Below are positions 1 through 9,952 of a DNA stretch of 32,537 nt, piece by piece; position 1 is the stretch's first letter, and every line of letters begins with the position of its first letter. The DNA is from an uncultured Muribaculaceae bacterium. GTDB lineage: Bacteria > Bacillota_I > Bacilli_A > RF39 > UBA660. The notes below the pieces were generated by a model, which saw only the letters and a list, made by a program, of their open reading frames with translations, made no database searches and was not told the origin of the DNA. The stretch spans positions 1 to 32,537 of the forward strand of contig CAZIDO010000003.1 of NCBI GenBank assembly GCA_964538005.1, in the 5' to 3' direction. The translations under genes and the position numbers were made by a program.

Positions 1-51
1 AACAAAAAGCGATATATTCTTTTTGAATATACCACTTTGTCAACAATCTGA

Positions 52-80
52 AACTACTTTTTCTTATAAGTAGTTCTTTT
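52..80 (+). terminator. Possible intrinsic terminator of a gene ending upstream of the window
   Basis: 8-bp stem aactactt (52-59) / aagtagtt (68-75) with an 8-nt loop, then c-tttt. AT-rich, so weak. Confidence 0.3.
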
Positions 81-354
81 AATATATTTTACTTCAGAAA
101 TAAGACTATCAAAAAGGGCATTGATCTTATTTATATCCATTTCTCTCACCGCCTTTATCCTAACATAAAACAAAATCTAAAACATTATATTCGACAATAG
201 TAGCTAAAATTAGAACTTTTAACCTTTTTCAATCAAATAAATCAACATATATCATTTTTAATATACGAAGATTACGGTTTTGTTATATTTCTTTATTTTT
301 GTAATTTTTATAGAAAAAAAAACATATTTATAGTATAATAAAATTGGTGTTAAT

Positions 355-930
355 ATGAAATATCCAACAGGGGCTAAAAAAGCATATAAAAATTATAATA
401 CATACGCAAATAGGGGTATGACTTTAGAAAACGACATTAATGATAGTAATGTATACTATTTAAACAATGATATTGCTGTTATCTATAAAAAACCGACACC
501 TATTACCGTAGCTAAAGTAGATTATCCATCTAGTGTTGAAGCTATTATTAAAGAGGGGTATTTTAAAACTCCATCAACTACTGATTATAATGGAATCTAT
601 AAAGGCAAATATATTGACTTTGAAGCCAAAGAAACTAAAAGTAAAGTTTCGTTTCCCCTAAGTAATATTCATAGTCATCAAATAAAACACCTTAAACATA
701 TTTATAATCACGGCGGTATTGGGTTTATTATCGTTAGATTTACTTGCTTGAATGAAACATATCTCTTAACAGTGGAAAAGCTATTAGACTTTTTAGATAA
801 TGTTAAGCGTAAATCTATCCCATTAGAATACTTTAAAACTAATGGATATATAATTAAAGATAAGTATAACCCCCGTATCGACTACATTGAAATTATTGAC
901 AAGCTATATTTTGAAGGAGGTAAATTATGA
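355..930 (+). CDS. recU: Holliday junction resolvase RecU
   Basis: 191 aa. N-terminus ...YANRGMTLENDIN... and core ...TDYNGIYKGKYIDFEAKET... are typical of RecU. The TGA stop overlaps the ATG of the downstream PBP1 gene (ATGA), the classic recU-ponA operon. Confidence 0.9.
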   Translation: MKYPTGAKKAYKNYNTYANRGMTLENDINDSNVYYLNNDIAVIYKKPTPITVAKVDYPSSVEAIIKEGYFKTPSTTDYNGIYKGKYIDFEAKETKSKVSFPLSNIHSHQIKHLKHIYNHGGIGFIIVRFTCLNETYLLTVEKLLDFLDNVKRKSIPLEYFKTNGYIIKDKYNPRIDYIEIIDKLYFEGGKL

Positions 931-3872
931 AAGAAAGACTTCAAGATATTATAAAATATATCAAGAGAAATCCTTATAATTTGGCAATTATTATTGTTAG
1001 TATTCTAATTTTAATTATTGGATCATTTATTATTAACTTTTTCATTGTTCTTTTAATTGTTATTGGTTTAAATTTAATTTGGATTATTCCTTATATTAAA
1101 TATTGGAATTCAAAATCAAGGACAAGAGATATTCAAAAATTACATATAGAAAGTAGTGATGATATGGCTAAACGTACCAAAAAAACTGGAACAGGAAAAA
1201 AGAAAAAAGGCAAAATCTCTTTATTAGTTCTTTTAATCGGATTTATTGTCTTCGTAGTTTTAGGAATACTATTCTTCCTATATATTGTATTTACTACACC
1301 TAAATTCGATCCTGAAAAGTTATATACTAAAGAGGCTAGTACTTTCTATGATAGTGAAGGTAAACAGTTCGCTCAAGTAGGTTCTGAACTACGTCAAAAA
1401 ATTAAATATGACGATATGTCCGAACAATTAGTAAATGCTATTGTGGCAACTGAAGACTCAAGATTTTTTCAACATAATGGTTTTGATTTACCACGTTTCC
1501 TTAAGGCCTCTGTTGGTCAAGCTTTAGGACAGAATGCTGGTGGAGCTTCAACTTTAACAATGCAAGTTTCAAAAAACCAATTTACTTCAACTACTTCTTC
1601 AGGATTAGCTGGTATTAAACGTAAATTTGCTGATATATATGTTTCAATTTTTCAAATAGAAAGTAACTATACTAAAGAAGAAATTATGGAATTCTATGTT
1701 AACTCTTATTACTTAGGTAGTGGAGCTTATGGAGTTGAAAAAGCTGCTAAAACATATTTCAATAAAACTGCTAAAGATTTAAATCTTTCTGAAGCAGCAA
1801 TGATTGCTGGAATGTTCCAATCTCCAGTTACTTATGATCCAAATATCAACCCCGATAAAACTGAAGAACGTCGTCAAATTGTTTTAAAATTAATGAAACG
1901 TCATGGCTATATTACTGATGAAGAATATAACATGGCAAAAAAAATGACAGTCAATAAAATTGTTATTAAAGGAAATTCTGCTAAAACTGATTATGCGGCT
2001 TATCAAGGATTTATCGATACTGTAGCTGTTGAAGTCAAACAAAAAACTGGTTATGACCCATATTCATATTCAATGAAAATTTATACAACTATGGACCGTA
2101 AAAAACAAGATGAAGTCAACGAGATTATGAAGGGTAAAGACTTTAAATGGGAGAATGACCGCGTCGATGCCGGCGTTGCTGTTCTAGACACTAAAACTGG
2201 TGCTGTAGCAGCTATTGGTGCTGGCCGTAATTCAACTGGCGCTAAGGCATTCAATAATGCAACAATGATTAAACGTCAAATAGGTTCAACGGCTAAACCA
2301 TTATATGATTATGGCCCAGCTATTGAATATTTAAATTGGAATACTTATCACCCAATAATTGATGCTAAATACACTTATAGCGATGGAAAAGAAATTAACA
2401 ACTGGGATGGACAATACAAAGGTATTATGACAATTCGTCAAGCCTTAGTTGACTCTCGTAATATACCAGCCTTAAAAACTTTCCAAAGTGTTAAAAATGC
2501 TGATGTTAAAACATTTGTTACTAATTTAGGTTTATCACCAGAAGTTGGTTCTAATGGTAAACTTCACGAAGCTCATGCAATTGGTGGTTACAATGGTGAA
2601 TCTCCACTTAGTGTAGCAGCTGCTTATGCGGCTTTCGGTAATGGCGGAACATATAATGAACCACATAGTTTTACAAAAATAGAATTTGATAATAATAAAA
2701 AAACTTACGAAATAGATAGTAAAAAAACTAAAGTAATGAGCAAAGATACTGCTTACATGGTTACTGATATGTTAGTAGATACTGGTAAATCAGCTTTAGG
2801 TAATTATAGTAATGTTAATGGTGCCCAGTTCGGAGCTAAAACAGGTACTTCAAACTTTGATGAAGCTACTATTAAAGCTAAAGGCTTACCAGATAATGCT
2901 GTTAATGATTTATGGGTAGCTGGTTATAATCCTGATTACTCGATTGCTGTTTGGTACGGTTATGACAAAACTTCTTCTAGTAACTATAATAGATTTGGTT
3001 CAAGTCAAAACTCAAAATTATTCCAAGCAGTTGCACAAAATTTCTTCAAAGTTGATAGTAAATTTACTAAACCAGATAGTGTTGTTGAACAAACTGTAGA
3101 AAAATATTGTGCTTCACCATTACTTCCAAGTGCTAATACACCTAATGATATGAAAACAGTAGAATTATTTAAAGAAAATTCTAAGCCAACTGAAGTTTCT
3201 AATCGTTATAATACTTTATCTAATGTTTCAAACGTTAGTGCTAAAGTAAATGGTCGTAAAGCAATTATTACATGGAAAGCTATTGGAACTCCAGATGGTA
3301 TTAATAGAAGTTACTGGTCACCAATTGTCAATAAAGCATTTACAATTTCAAGTGATCAAACTACTTATTTAAATTATATTATGGGTATTAACAATTCTAA
3401 ATTAGGAAATGTTGTCTATAATGTATATCTTAAAGAAGATGGAAGTCTTAAAAAAGTAGCAACAGTTAATGACGCTACTGCAACTATTAATTTACCAAAT
3501 ACTTCTTCACCTACTTATATAGTTAAAGCTGGTTATTCAAACTTTGGCGGTGCCGAAAGTAGTGGAGTTGAAATTAAAGTAGATTATAAAGGATCTTCTA
3601 CTTCAGATATGAAAGTTACTATTCTAGGTGGATCTTCAATTAATTGGGATTCTACTAGAGGCGCTTATACTGATGTTAATCCAGCAGTTAAAGTTACTTT
3701 AGATGGTGATGATATTACTAAAGACTGTACTATTAAAGCTAGTTATGCAACTGTTGATGGTACACCTGTTACAAGTATTGGCTCAACACCTGGAACTTAT
3801 ATTATTACATATAAAGTTACTTATGATGGTATTACTAATACAGATGCAACTAGAACAGTTACAGTAAGTTAA
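927..3872 (+). CDS. ponA: Bifunctional class A penicillin-binding protein (PBP1A/1B type) with a C-terminal Ig/FN3-like extension
   Basis: N-terminal TM anchor. GT51 motifs EDSRFFQHNGFD and GGASTLTMQ. Transpeptidase motifs STAKP (SxxK), SRN and KTGT. RBS GAAGGAGG upstream of the ATG. Confidence 0.95.
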   Translation: MKERLQDIIKYIKRNPYNLAIIIVSILILIIGSFIINFFIVLLIVIGLNLIWIIPYIKYWNSKSRTRDIQKLHIESSDDMAKRTKKTGTGKKKKGKISLLVLLIGFIVFVVLGILFFLYIVFTTPKFDPEKLYTKEASTFYDSEGKQFAQVGSELRQKIKYDDMSEQLVNAIVATEDSRFFQHNGFDLPRFLKASVGQALGQNAGGASTLTMQVSKNQFTSTTSSGLAGIKRKFADIYVSIFQIESNYTKEEIMEFYVNSYYLGSGAYGVEKAAKTYFNKTAKDLNLSEAAMIAGMFQSPVTYDPNINPDKTEERRQIVLKLMKRHGYITDEEYNMAKKMTVNKIVIKGNSAKTDYAAYQGFIDTVAVEVKQKTGYDPYSYSMKIYTTMDRKKQDEVNEIMKGKDFKWENDRVDAGVAVLDTKTGAVAAIGAGRNSTGAKAFNNATMIKRQIGSTAKPLYDYGPAIEYLNWNTYHPIIDAKYTYSDGKEINNWDGQYKGIMTIRQALVDSRNIPALKTFQSVKNADVKTFVTNLGLSPEVGSNGKLHEAHAIGGYNGESPLSVAAAYAAFGNGGTYNEPHSFTKIEFDNNKKTYEIDSKKTKVMSKDTAYMVTDMLVDTGKSALGNYSNVNGAQFGAKTGTSNFDEATIKAKGLPDNAVNDLWVAGYNPDYSIAVWYGYDKTSSSNYNRFGSSQNSKLFQAVAQNFFKVDSKFTKPDSVVEQTVEKYCASPLLPSANTPNDMKTVELFKENSKPTEVSNRYNTLSNVSNVSAKVNGRKAIITWKAIGTPDGINRSYWSPIVNKAFTISSDQTTYLNYIMGINNSKLGNVVYNVYLKEDGSLKKVATVNDATATINLPNTSSPTYIVKAGYSNFGGAESSGVEIKVDYKGSSTSDMKVTILGGSSINWDSTRGAYTDVNPAVKVTLDGDDITKDCTIKASYATVDGTPVTSIGSTPGTYIITYKVTYDGITNTDATRTVTVS

Positions 3873-3896
3873 AGACGATTAATTCGTCTTTTTTTA
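3873..3896 (+). terminator. Rho-independent terminator of recU-ponA
   Basis: agacga (3873-3878) / tcgtct (3884-3889) stem, 5-nt loop, then a T-run, immediately after the TAA. Confidence 0.8.
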
Positions 3897-3930
3897 TGTT
3901 GATTTAACAAATTATTGCATAAAAAAATTA

Positions 3931-4431
3931 CTATTGTAAGTAATTTACCTTTTGTAGTAATTTTTTAGTTCCACTTTCTCCAACCATTTCATTAAGTAAT
4001 GACATATCAGGTTCTTCTGCATATAATTGTTGTTTTACCTTAGTCGAAGAAATATCCTGATATAAAGGGTCAACATCAATAAAAGTTACTTTTCCTTTTA
4101 AATTTAGCACTCTATAATAAAACCCTAGTTTATAACAGTATAAATAATCTTTATAATTACGATATCCTCTTACAATAGATTGGGCATCATATAACAATTG
4201 TTGAATTTCCTTATATCCTTCATATATATCAATATCTGTCTCTTCACCAAAAATATCTTTTGCAAACTCTAATCTCTCTGGCAAACTAAAAAATTCAGTA
4301 GTTTTTAATTCATTTTTACAAATACATACTTTTACTGGCTGCTCAAAATAATTTTGTGCTTTTTCTAATGTGTTTTTGTGAGATAAGTGAGCAGGGTTAA
4401 AACTGCCAACATAAATAATTTCTTTATTCAT
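3931..4431 (-). CDS. CoaD-like (phosphopantetheine adenylyltransferase family) nucleotidyltransferase with a divergent active-site motif
   Basis: 166 aa. IYVGSFNPAHLSHKNTLEKA aligns by eye with CoaD PGSFDPxTxGHLDIIxRA. SIVRGYRNYKDYLY matches AILRGLRxxxDFEYE, and DISSTKVKQ matches the ISSS motif. Its start overlaps the nth stop by 8 nt. Confidence 0.55.
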   Translation of the reverse strand: MNKEIIYVGSFNPAHLSHKNTLEKAQNYFEQPVKVCICKNELKTTEFFSLPERLEFAKDIFGEETDIDIYEGYKEIQQLLYDAQSIVRGYRNYKDYLYCYKLGFYYRVLNLKGKVTFIDVDPLYQDISSTKVKQQLYAEEPDMSLLNEMVGESGTKKLLQKVNYLQ

Positions 4432-5056
4432 AATTTTTATACACCTTACAAATACTCTTTAATCTACAATTTTCACATTGTGGATTTCTAGCCATACAAT
4501 GATATCTACCAAATAAAACTAATTGATGATGTCTTTTGCATAAATCTTCTTTTTTAAATTTTTTATTTAATTTAACTTCTATTTGATATGGATTATCCCC
4601 TTCTTTAGCTAAACCTAATCTAATACTTACTCTTGATACATGCGTATCAACAGCAATACAAGGAACATTAAATATATTGCTTAAAACTACATTAGTTGTT
4701 TTTCTACCAACACCTGGTAATGATTCTAAATATTCACGATTATTAGGAACTTTACCATCAAAGTCTTCAGTTAATCTTTTAGCAATTTCAATTAAATTAC
4801 TAGCTTTTTTATTAAAAGTTCCGATTGGTTTAATTATTTTAATAACTTCATTAATATCTGCTTTACTTAATGATTCTAAATTGGGATATTTACTAAATAA
4901 GATTTCGGTAACCATATTAACCCTTTTATCGGTGGTTTGGGCGCTTAACATCGTGGCAAGGACTAATTCATAGTCTTTAGTGTAATTAAGCTCACAACGG
5001 GGATTAGGGTATAATTCATCAAGGTAATTTTCAATCATTTTCATTGAGCCAGTCAT
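4424..5056 (-). CDS. nth: Endonuclease III
   Basis: HhH-GPD motif LPGVGRKTTNVVL and C-terminal 4Fe-4S cluster CMARNPQCENCRLKSIC. Start chosen at the ATG at 5056, preceded by AAGAGG at 9 nt. The track ORF extends to 5098 inside dnaD. Confidence 0.9.
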   Translation of the reverse strand: MTGSMKMIENYLDELYPNPRCELNYTKDYELVLATMLSAQTTDKRVNMVTEILFSKYPNLESLSKADINEVIKIIKPIGTFNKKASNLIEIAKRLTEDFDGKVPNNREYLESLPGVGRKTTNVVLSNIFNVPCIAVDTHVSRVSIRLGLAKEGDNPYQIEVKLNKKFKKEDLCKRHHQLVLFGRYHCMARNPQCENCRLKSICKVYKNYE

Positions 5057-5660
5057 ACTCGAATACCTCTTTTTTACTTGTCTTTTTAGTTTTACCACGT
5101 TCTTTTTCTAAATCAATATTAGTTTTAATTCCTTTTTTTTGCCATTCATATAGTATTTTATCAATATATCTTAAATTAGTAACTCCATTATATATTGCTT
5201 CCTTAAGGGCTAAAACAATTGTTTCTTCAGTAAAGTCGGCTTCTAACCAAGCTCCAATTATTTCATATTCCATCGGACTTAAAGTTCGTCCGAATTCACT
5301 CTCAAATAAATCAAAAATATTAGTTTCTTTTTTCACTTCTCTTTCTTCCATTAAAAAGAATGCTAATTTATTATATAATTCGTCTACGCATACATATTCT
5401 TCACAAACATTATTATTAGTTACACTTTCTAATTTTAAAACATCTTTTTTAGACAAACTGCTAATAATAGTTAATACATCTATCGGTTTTATTTTTAAAT
5501 CTTTAGCAATTCTTTCAGGATCAAACTCAGAATCGTTTAAAAGGTATATTAAAACAACTAACTCTTTTTCAGTTATTTTTAAATCTTTATAATGGGTTAA
5601 TAGTAATTTAGGAATCACTATATTGCCGTTCTTTAAAATGTCTATCATTTTTCCTGTCAT
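5031..5660 (-). CDS. dnaD: Replication initiation / membrane attachment protein DnaD
   Basis: C-terminal DnaB_2/DnaD repeat ...SPMEYEIIGAWLEADFTEETIVLALKEAIYNGVTNLRYIDKILYEWQKKGI. dnaD-nth adjacency as in Bacillus. Confidence 0.85.
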   Translation of the reverse strand: MTGKMIDILKNGNIVIPKLLLTHYKDLKITEKELVVLIYLLNDSEFDPERIAKDLKIKPIDVLTIISSLSKKDVLKLESVTNNNVCEEYVCVDELYNKLAFFLMEEREVKKETNIFDLFESEFGRTLSPMEYEIIGAWLEADFTEETIVLALKEAIYNGVTNLRYIDKILYEWQKKGIKTNIDLEKERGKTKKTSKKEVFEYDWLNEND

Positions 5661-5691
5661 AAAACCACCTAAGTTATATTATAGCTTAATT

Positions 5692-6279
5692 TTAGTAATT
5701 TGTCGACGGTACAATGACAATATTATATGACTCTTCATTTAATTTTAAAATTGTGAAACTATCAGTACTAACAATATGATTATCAATCCATGATTCTTGA
5801 ACTTCTTTTAAATATTTCATTGGAATTTTATCATCATAGAATATAGCTTCTATTTTATCATCAACGATAAATTCTTGGTCCAAATTGGTCAAATAAACAA
5901 AGTCACAAGCTTTTATTTCACTGTTTTCGGTAATACATAAAGTATAATCGTCTATTTTAAATTGATATATATTATCTTTATAGATAACTTCTATTTTATT
6001 GGTTTTTACTTTTTGTTTATCTAAATAAACGGTTTGAGGATTACTGTCAAATATTTTTAAAACTTCATTTAACTTTTTATCATTTCCTTCTTTTAAAACA
6101 AATAAATTACTACTGTCTTCATCATTTATTAAAATAGAATTACTAGTATCTAATCTTAAGAAAACTATAGTAATTTCTTTATCTTTAATTTTTAAATCTA
6201 TTTTTTCAGCTTTATATGCTTTTGTATTAATAGCGGTTAATGTTAAGATGAATATAAAAATAATTATCATTTTTTTCAT
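5692..6279 (-). CDS. Secreted/exported hypothetical protein
   Basis: N-terminal signal peptide MKKMIIIFIFILTLTAINTKA. No recognisable domain. Confidence 0.55.
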   Translation of the reverse strand: MKKMIIIFIFILTLTAINTKAYKAEKIDLKIKDKEITIVFLRLDTSNSILINDEDSSNLFVLKEGNDKKLNEVLKIFDSNPQTVYLDKQKVKTNKIEVIYKDNIYQFKIDDYTLCITENSEIKACDFVYLTNLDQEFIVDDKIEAIFYDDKIPMKYLKEVQESWIDNHIVSTDSFTILKLNEESYNIVIVPSTNY

Positions 6280-6307
6280 AAAAAAACACCCTATTAAAAG
6301 GTATGTT

Positions 6308-7399
6308 TTATTTATAAGTCTTAGTAATATAATTAGTTAAATTTTCTTTGATATTTTCTAATTCACCACTAACTAATTTATACTCCAAGTCATTGATAAT
6401 TAATTTTAAAAAGCTACCTGGTTCTTTTTCTAAAATTCCACAAATTTCTACAGGTGTTAACACGATATCTAACTTATTATGAATAGGGATACTTGCGTAT
6501 ACTTCATTTAGTTCTTTTTTACTTACTTCATTTAATTCACTTGCTAAAGTACAAATATATAAACCATATTTATATAGGACGTCTTTATCTAGTAAACTTT
6601 GATTTTTTAATTCTAGTATTTGCACGATAGCTTCTCTTTCACTAGCACTGAAAGGATATTTATCTAACACATCTAGCTGTGCCCATGTAACTATCATAGA
6701 AGGCGTTACTTTTATTTTCCTTAAGTTAGGAATATCTAAATGTTCAGCTAATCGAAGTTCACATAATAAATTAATACCATATTCTTTGTTAGTACTGGCA
6801 AAAATAATATTCAATTCTTCTCGTTTACGATCTTTAGAAAGTTTTTTAAGTAAATAGCCATATTTTTTAATATAGGCTTTTAAAACCGGTTCCAATTCAA
6901 AATCAAGGACAGTTGCAAATCTAACTGCTCTTAATATTCTTAAAGCGTCTTCCTTTAATCTTAATTTTGGATTACCAATCATTCTAATAATACGGTTATC
7001 TAAATCACTTTTAGCATTTAATAGATCAATTTCTTTGCCTTCTTTATCAATACATAAAGTATTTATTGTAAAATCTCGACGTTTTAAGTCTTCCTCTAAA
7101 CTATCTATATATTCAATATTAGTTGGTTTTCGATGATCAATATATTTCCCTTCTTTGCGAAAAGTTGTAATTTCAAATCTTATTTTTTCGAATGATATTA
7201 TTACTGAACCATATTCAGAATTAGTCATTATTACTTCTGGAAAAATATTCATTATTTCCATCGGGGTAGCATCTGTACATATATCGACATCAACTGAACT
7301 TCTTTTTAAATATAAATCACGGGGATAACCACCGATAATATACACTTTATAGCCAAAGTTTGAAATCATCTCTAGTACTTTTATGGCTGAATTATACAT
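6308..7399 (-). CDS. cca: tRNA nucleotidyltransferase (CCA-adding enzyme family)
   Basis: Class II nucleotidyltransferase head motif GGYPRDLYLKRSSVDVDICT plus RRDFTIN and the tRNA-binding RAVRFA motif. Confidence 0.85.
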   Translation of the reverse strand: MYNSAIKVLEMISNFGYKVYIIGGYPRDLYLKRSSVDVDICTDATPMEIMNIFPEVIMTNSEYGSVIISFEKIRFEITTFRKEGKYIDHRKPTNIEYIDSLEEDLKRRDFTINTLCIDKEGKEIDLLNAKSDLDNRIIRMIGNPKLRLKEDALRILRAVRFATVLDFELEPVLKAYIKKYGYLLKKLSKDRKREELNIIFASTNKEYGINLLCELRLAEHLDIPNLRKIKVTPSMIVTWAQLDVLDKYPFSASEREAIVQILELKNQSLLDKDVLYKYGLYICTLASELNEVSKKELNEVYASIPIHNKLDIVLTPVEICGILEKEPGSFLKLIINDLEYKLVSGELENIKENLTNYITKTYK

Positions 7400-7421
7400 T
7401 TTACCATCTCCAATTGTCCAA

Positions 7422-7446
7422 GAAAAAAAGGCTAAAATAAGCCCTT
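7422..7446 (-). terminator. Intrinsic terminator after hup
   Basis: Minus strand AAGGGCT-TATTTT-AGCCTT hairpin (one bulge) followed by TTTTTTT. Overlaps the hup stop. Confidence 0.55.
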
Positions 7447-7717
7447 AGTTCAAAGCGTCTTTTAATTTAGCGCCAGCTTTAATTGATACTGCAGTTCTGG
7501 CAGGGATTGTAACAGGAGCTCCTGTTCTTGGGTTACGACCTTGTCTAGCAGCTTTCTTTTGAGCAGCAAAAGTACAGAAACCAGTTAAAGTAACTTTACC
7601 TTCCTCTTTTAATCCTTCTACTATTCCGTTCATAACAGCATCTAATGCTCTAGTAGCATCTGCTTTTGTAAATCCTGTTTCTTCTGCAATGTAGTTAACT
7701 AAGCTTTGTTTAGTCAT
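7445..7717 (-). CDS. hup: DNA-binding protein HU
   Basis: 90 aa. ...GFGTF-type core (TGFCTFAAQKKAARQGRNPRTGAPVTIPA) is canonical HU/IHF. RBS AGGGAGG. Confidence 0.95.
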   Translation of the reverse strand: MTKQSLVNYIAEETGFTKADATRALDAVMNGIVEGLKEEGKVTLTGFCTFAAQKKAARQGRNPRTGAPVTIPARTAVSIKAGAKLKDALN

Positions 7718-7902
7718 GTTTTATACCTCCCTTAAATTTGTTAAGCTATCTTTGCTTACAATAAAAGAATACCATTTTTACAAGGAAAAAGCAATATATT
7801 TTACCTTTTTTTTACCCTTTTACTTGTTTTTTCATCAATTTGTCACTATATTATAACCTTTATTGGTGTTTTTTTATCTGAAATTGAAAACTAAAGCCTA
7901 TT

Positions 7903-8397
7903 TCATGGCTTAGCAATTGTATATTGCCCATGATTACTTAAGGTTTCTACTACTTGTTCTCTAGTAACATCCCAGCTTGCTTTCTGATATAAAGCTTGGA
8001 TTTTAGCAGCTTCCATCTCAATCAGTTCTGCCTCAGAGTAAATACCTAAAATTGTTGTTTCAAATGGTCCAATATTCTCTTTTTCTTCAGCTTTAACATG
8101 TTTTAAAGTTCTCCAGGTTAAAGTTTCTGGAATAACTGCTTCAATTGTCAAATTTCCTATATCCCTTTTTCTAGGAAGTTCATCTTGTTCATGCATTAAT
8201 TGAAAATATCGTTCGGTTGGCATTCCATTCTTCTCATATTCAAAATGAATAATTTTACCAACATTATTAATTTGATCAGCCATACGCATCTCCTCCCTAG
8301 TAACCTTTTTATCGGTCAGATCAAGAGAAGATCTGGTTACACATACATTGTAAATCTTTACTTTTTCTTTGTCAACAAAAAACATTATGTTTTTCAT
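7903..8397 (-). CDS. Hypothetical protein, co-oriented and tightly spaced after spoIVA
   Basis: 164-aa ORF starting 7 nt after the spoIVA stop. No motif recognised. Confidence 0.5.
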   Translation of the reverse strand: MKNIMFFVDKEKVKIYNVCVTRSSLDLTDKKVTREEMRMADQINNVGKIIHFEYEKNGMPTERYFQLMHEQDELPRKRDIGNLTIEAVIPETLTWRTLKHVKAEEKENIGPFETTILGIYSEAELIEMEAAKIQALYQKASWDVTREQVVETLSNHGQYTIAKP

Positions 8398-8403
8398 AAT
8401 GTT

Positions 8404-9879
8404 TTAAATAACAATTGCAAATAGATTTCCAGAACCTTTGTTAACTAATTTAGATAATGTTTGTTGTAATTTGTATCTAACACCTTCTGGCATTAATGAT
8501 AATTTAGCTTGAATTCCTTCTTGAACAATAACATCTAAGCTACGACCAAATATTTCACTTTTCCAAATGTTTGAAGAATCTGTTTCTTTATCTTTCATTA
8601 AGTAATTAATAAGTTCTTTGCTTTGAATTTCTGACCCAATGATTGGCTCAAAAGTACTTTCAACATCTACTCTAATCATATGAATAGATGGTGCGACTGC
8701 TTTTAACTTAATTCCATATCTACTACCTTGTTTAATTACTTCTGGTGTATCTAAGGCCATATCAGCTAAAGTTGGGCTGGCAACCCCATATCCCGTACTT
8801 TTTACCATTTTCAAAGCGCCTTTAATTTGATCATATTCTAGTTTGGCTTCATTGTAATCTTGGAATAATGTTAATAGTTGTGATCTATTTTCAATATCTA
8901 CCCCAATTATTTCTTTTAATACTCTATTATAAAGTTCATTTGGTGCTTTTAAAGTTACATTAACTTCACCTGTTGATGTATCAACTTCTGATAAATAAGC
9001 TTTACTTATATTTTCACAAGTTTCTAAACGACTTGTTATACTATCGATATCTCTTAATTTATCTATTTCATAAATACTTTCTCTAATCGCATCCATGTAT
9101 GATTTTTTCAACCAATTGTTTGGCGATAAACACGCTACCCAATCAGGCATTTCGACATTTATTCTAACAACTGGGAATTCGTATAATGCTTCTCTTAAAA
9201 TACCATAAGCATCTCTTTCACTCATGTTGTCAATATTCATTGGTACTACTGGAACATTATAATTATCTCTTAAATCTTCTGCTAAGCCTTCTGTTTCAGG
9301 TAACATTGGATGAGTTGAATTTAAAATAACAATAAATGGTTTACCTATTTCGGTTAACTCACCTACTATTCTTTCTTCAGCTTCTAAATAATCACTTCTT
9401 GAAAATTCTCCAATTGAACCATCTGAAGTTATTAGTACTCCAATACTTGAATGGTCTTTAATTACTTTTTCAGTACCAATTTCAGCGGCTTCAACGAATG
9501 GTATTTCTTCTTCATACCAAGGTGTTCTAACCATTCTTGGCCCATTCTCATCTTCATATCCTCTAGCGCCATTGATAATGTATCCTACACAATCAACTAA
9601 TCTAACATCAGCACTAAAGTCATCTATTTTGATTTTAGCTGCGTTACTTGGAACAAATTTTGGTTCAGTTGTCATGATTGTTTTACCTTGTGCTGACTGA
9701 GGTATTTCATCTAAGGTTCTTTTTCTTTCATATTCGTCTTCTATATTAGGAACAACTAGGTTTTCAATAAAGCGTTTTATGAATGTTGATTTACCCGTTC
9801 TAACCGCACCTACTACTCCTAAATATATGTCCCCACCTGTTCTTTCTGTTATACTTTTTATGATATCAATTTTTTCCAT
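8404..9879 (-). CDS. spoIVA: Stage IV sporulation protein A (spore coat basement-layer ATPase)
   Basis: N-terminus MEKIDIIKSITERTGGDIYLGVVGAVRTGKSTFIKRF is near-identical in pattern to Bacillus SpoIVA (Walker A GAVRTGKST). 491 aa. Confidence 0.95.
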   Translation of the reverse strand: MEKIDIIKSITERTGGDIYLGVVGAVRTGKSTFIKRFIENLVVPNIEDEYERKRTLDEIPQSAQGKTIMTTEPKFVPSNAAKIKIDDFSADVRLVDCVGYIINGARGYEDENGPRMVRTPWYEEEIPFVEAAEIGTEKVIKDHSSIGVLITSDGSIGEFSRSDYLEAEERIVGELTEIGKPFIVILNSTHPMLPETEGLAEDLRDNYNVPVVPMNIDNMSERDAYGILREALYEFPVVRINVEMPDWVACLSPNNWLKKSYMDAIRESIYEIDKLRDIDSITSRLETCENISKAYLSEVDTSTGEVNVTLKAPNELYNRVLKEIIGVDIENRSQLLTLFQDYNEAKLEYDQIKGALKMVKSTGYGVASPTLADMALDTPEVIKQGSRYGIKLKAVAPSIHMIRVDVESTFEPIIGSEIQSKELINYLMKDKETDSSNIWKSEIFGRSLDVIVQEGIQAKLSLMPEGVRYKLQQTLSKLVNKGSGNLFAIVI

Positions 9880-9907
9880 TTAATCCCTACTTTCCATAAT
9901 TTACTTA

Positions 9908-9936
9908 AATATATGTAATCTAAAAAGCTTATATGA
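9908..9936 (-). promoter_or_regulatory. Candidate sigma-E-type promoter of spoIVA
   Basis: Minus strand TCATATA - 14 nt - CATATATT resembles the sigma-E consensus (xxATAxx-14-CATACAxT). About 28 nt upstream of the ATG. Confidence 0.3.
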
Positions 9937-9952
9937 AAAAAATCATTAAAAA

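Noticed and set aside
54-140. 28-codon minus-strand ORF (MDINKINALFDSLISEVKYIKRTTYKKK) with a GGCGGTGAG-like RBS upstream of recU
   Set aside because: Its 3' end is made up of the hairpin at 52-75. It is very short, with no recognisable family.
4677-5592. Plus-strand track ORFs 4677-4973 and 5044-5592, antisense to nth and dnaD
   Set aside because: Shadow ORFs inside well-supported minus-strand genes. The products are low-complexity Leu/Ser/Phe-rich, as expected from antisense AT-rich coding DNA, and no RBS is present.
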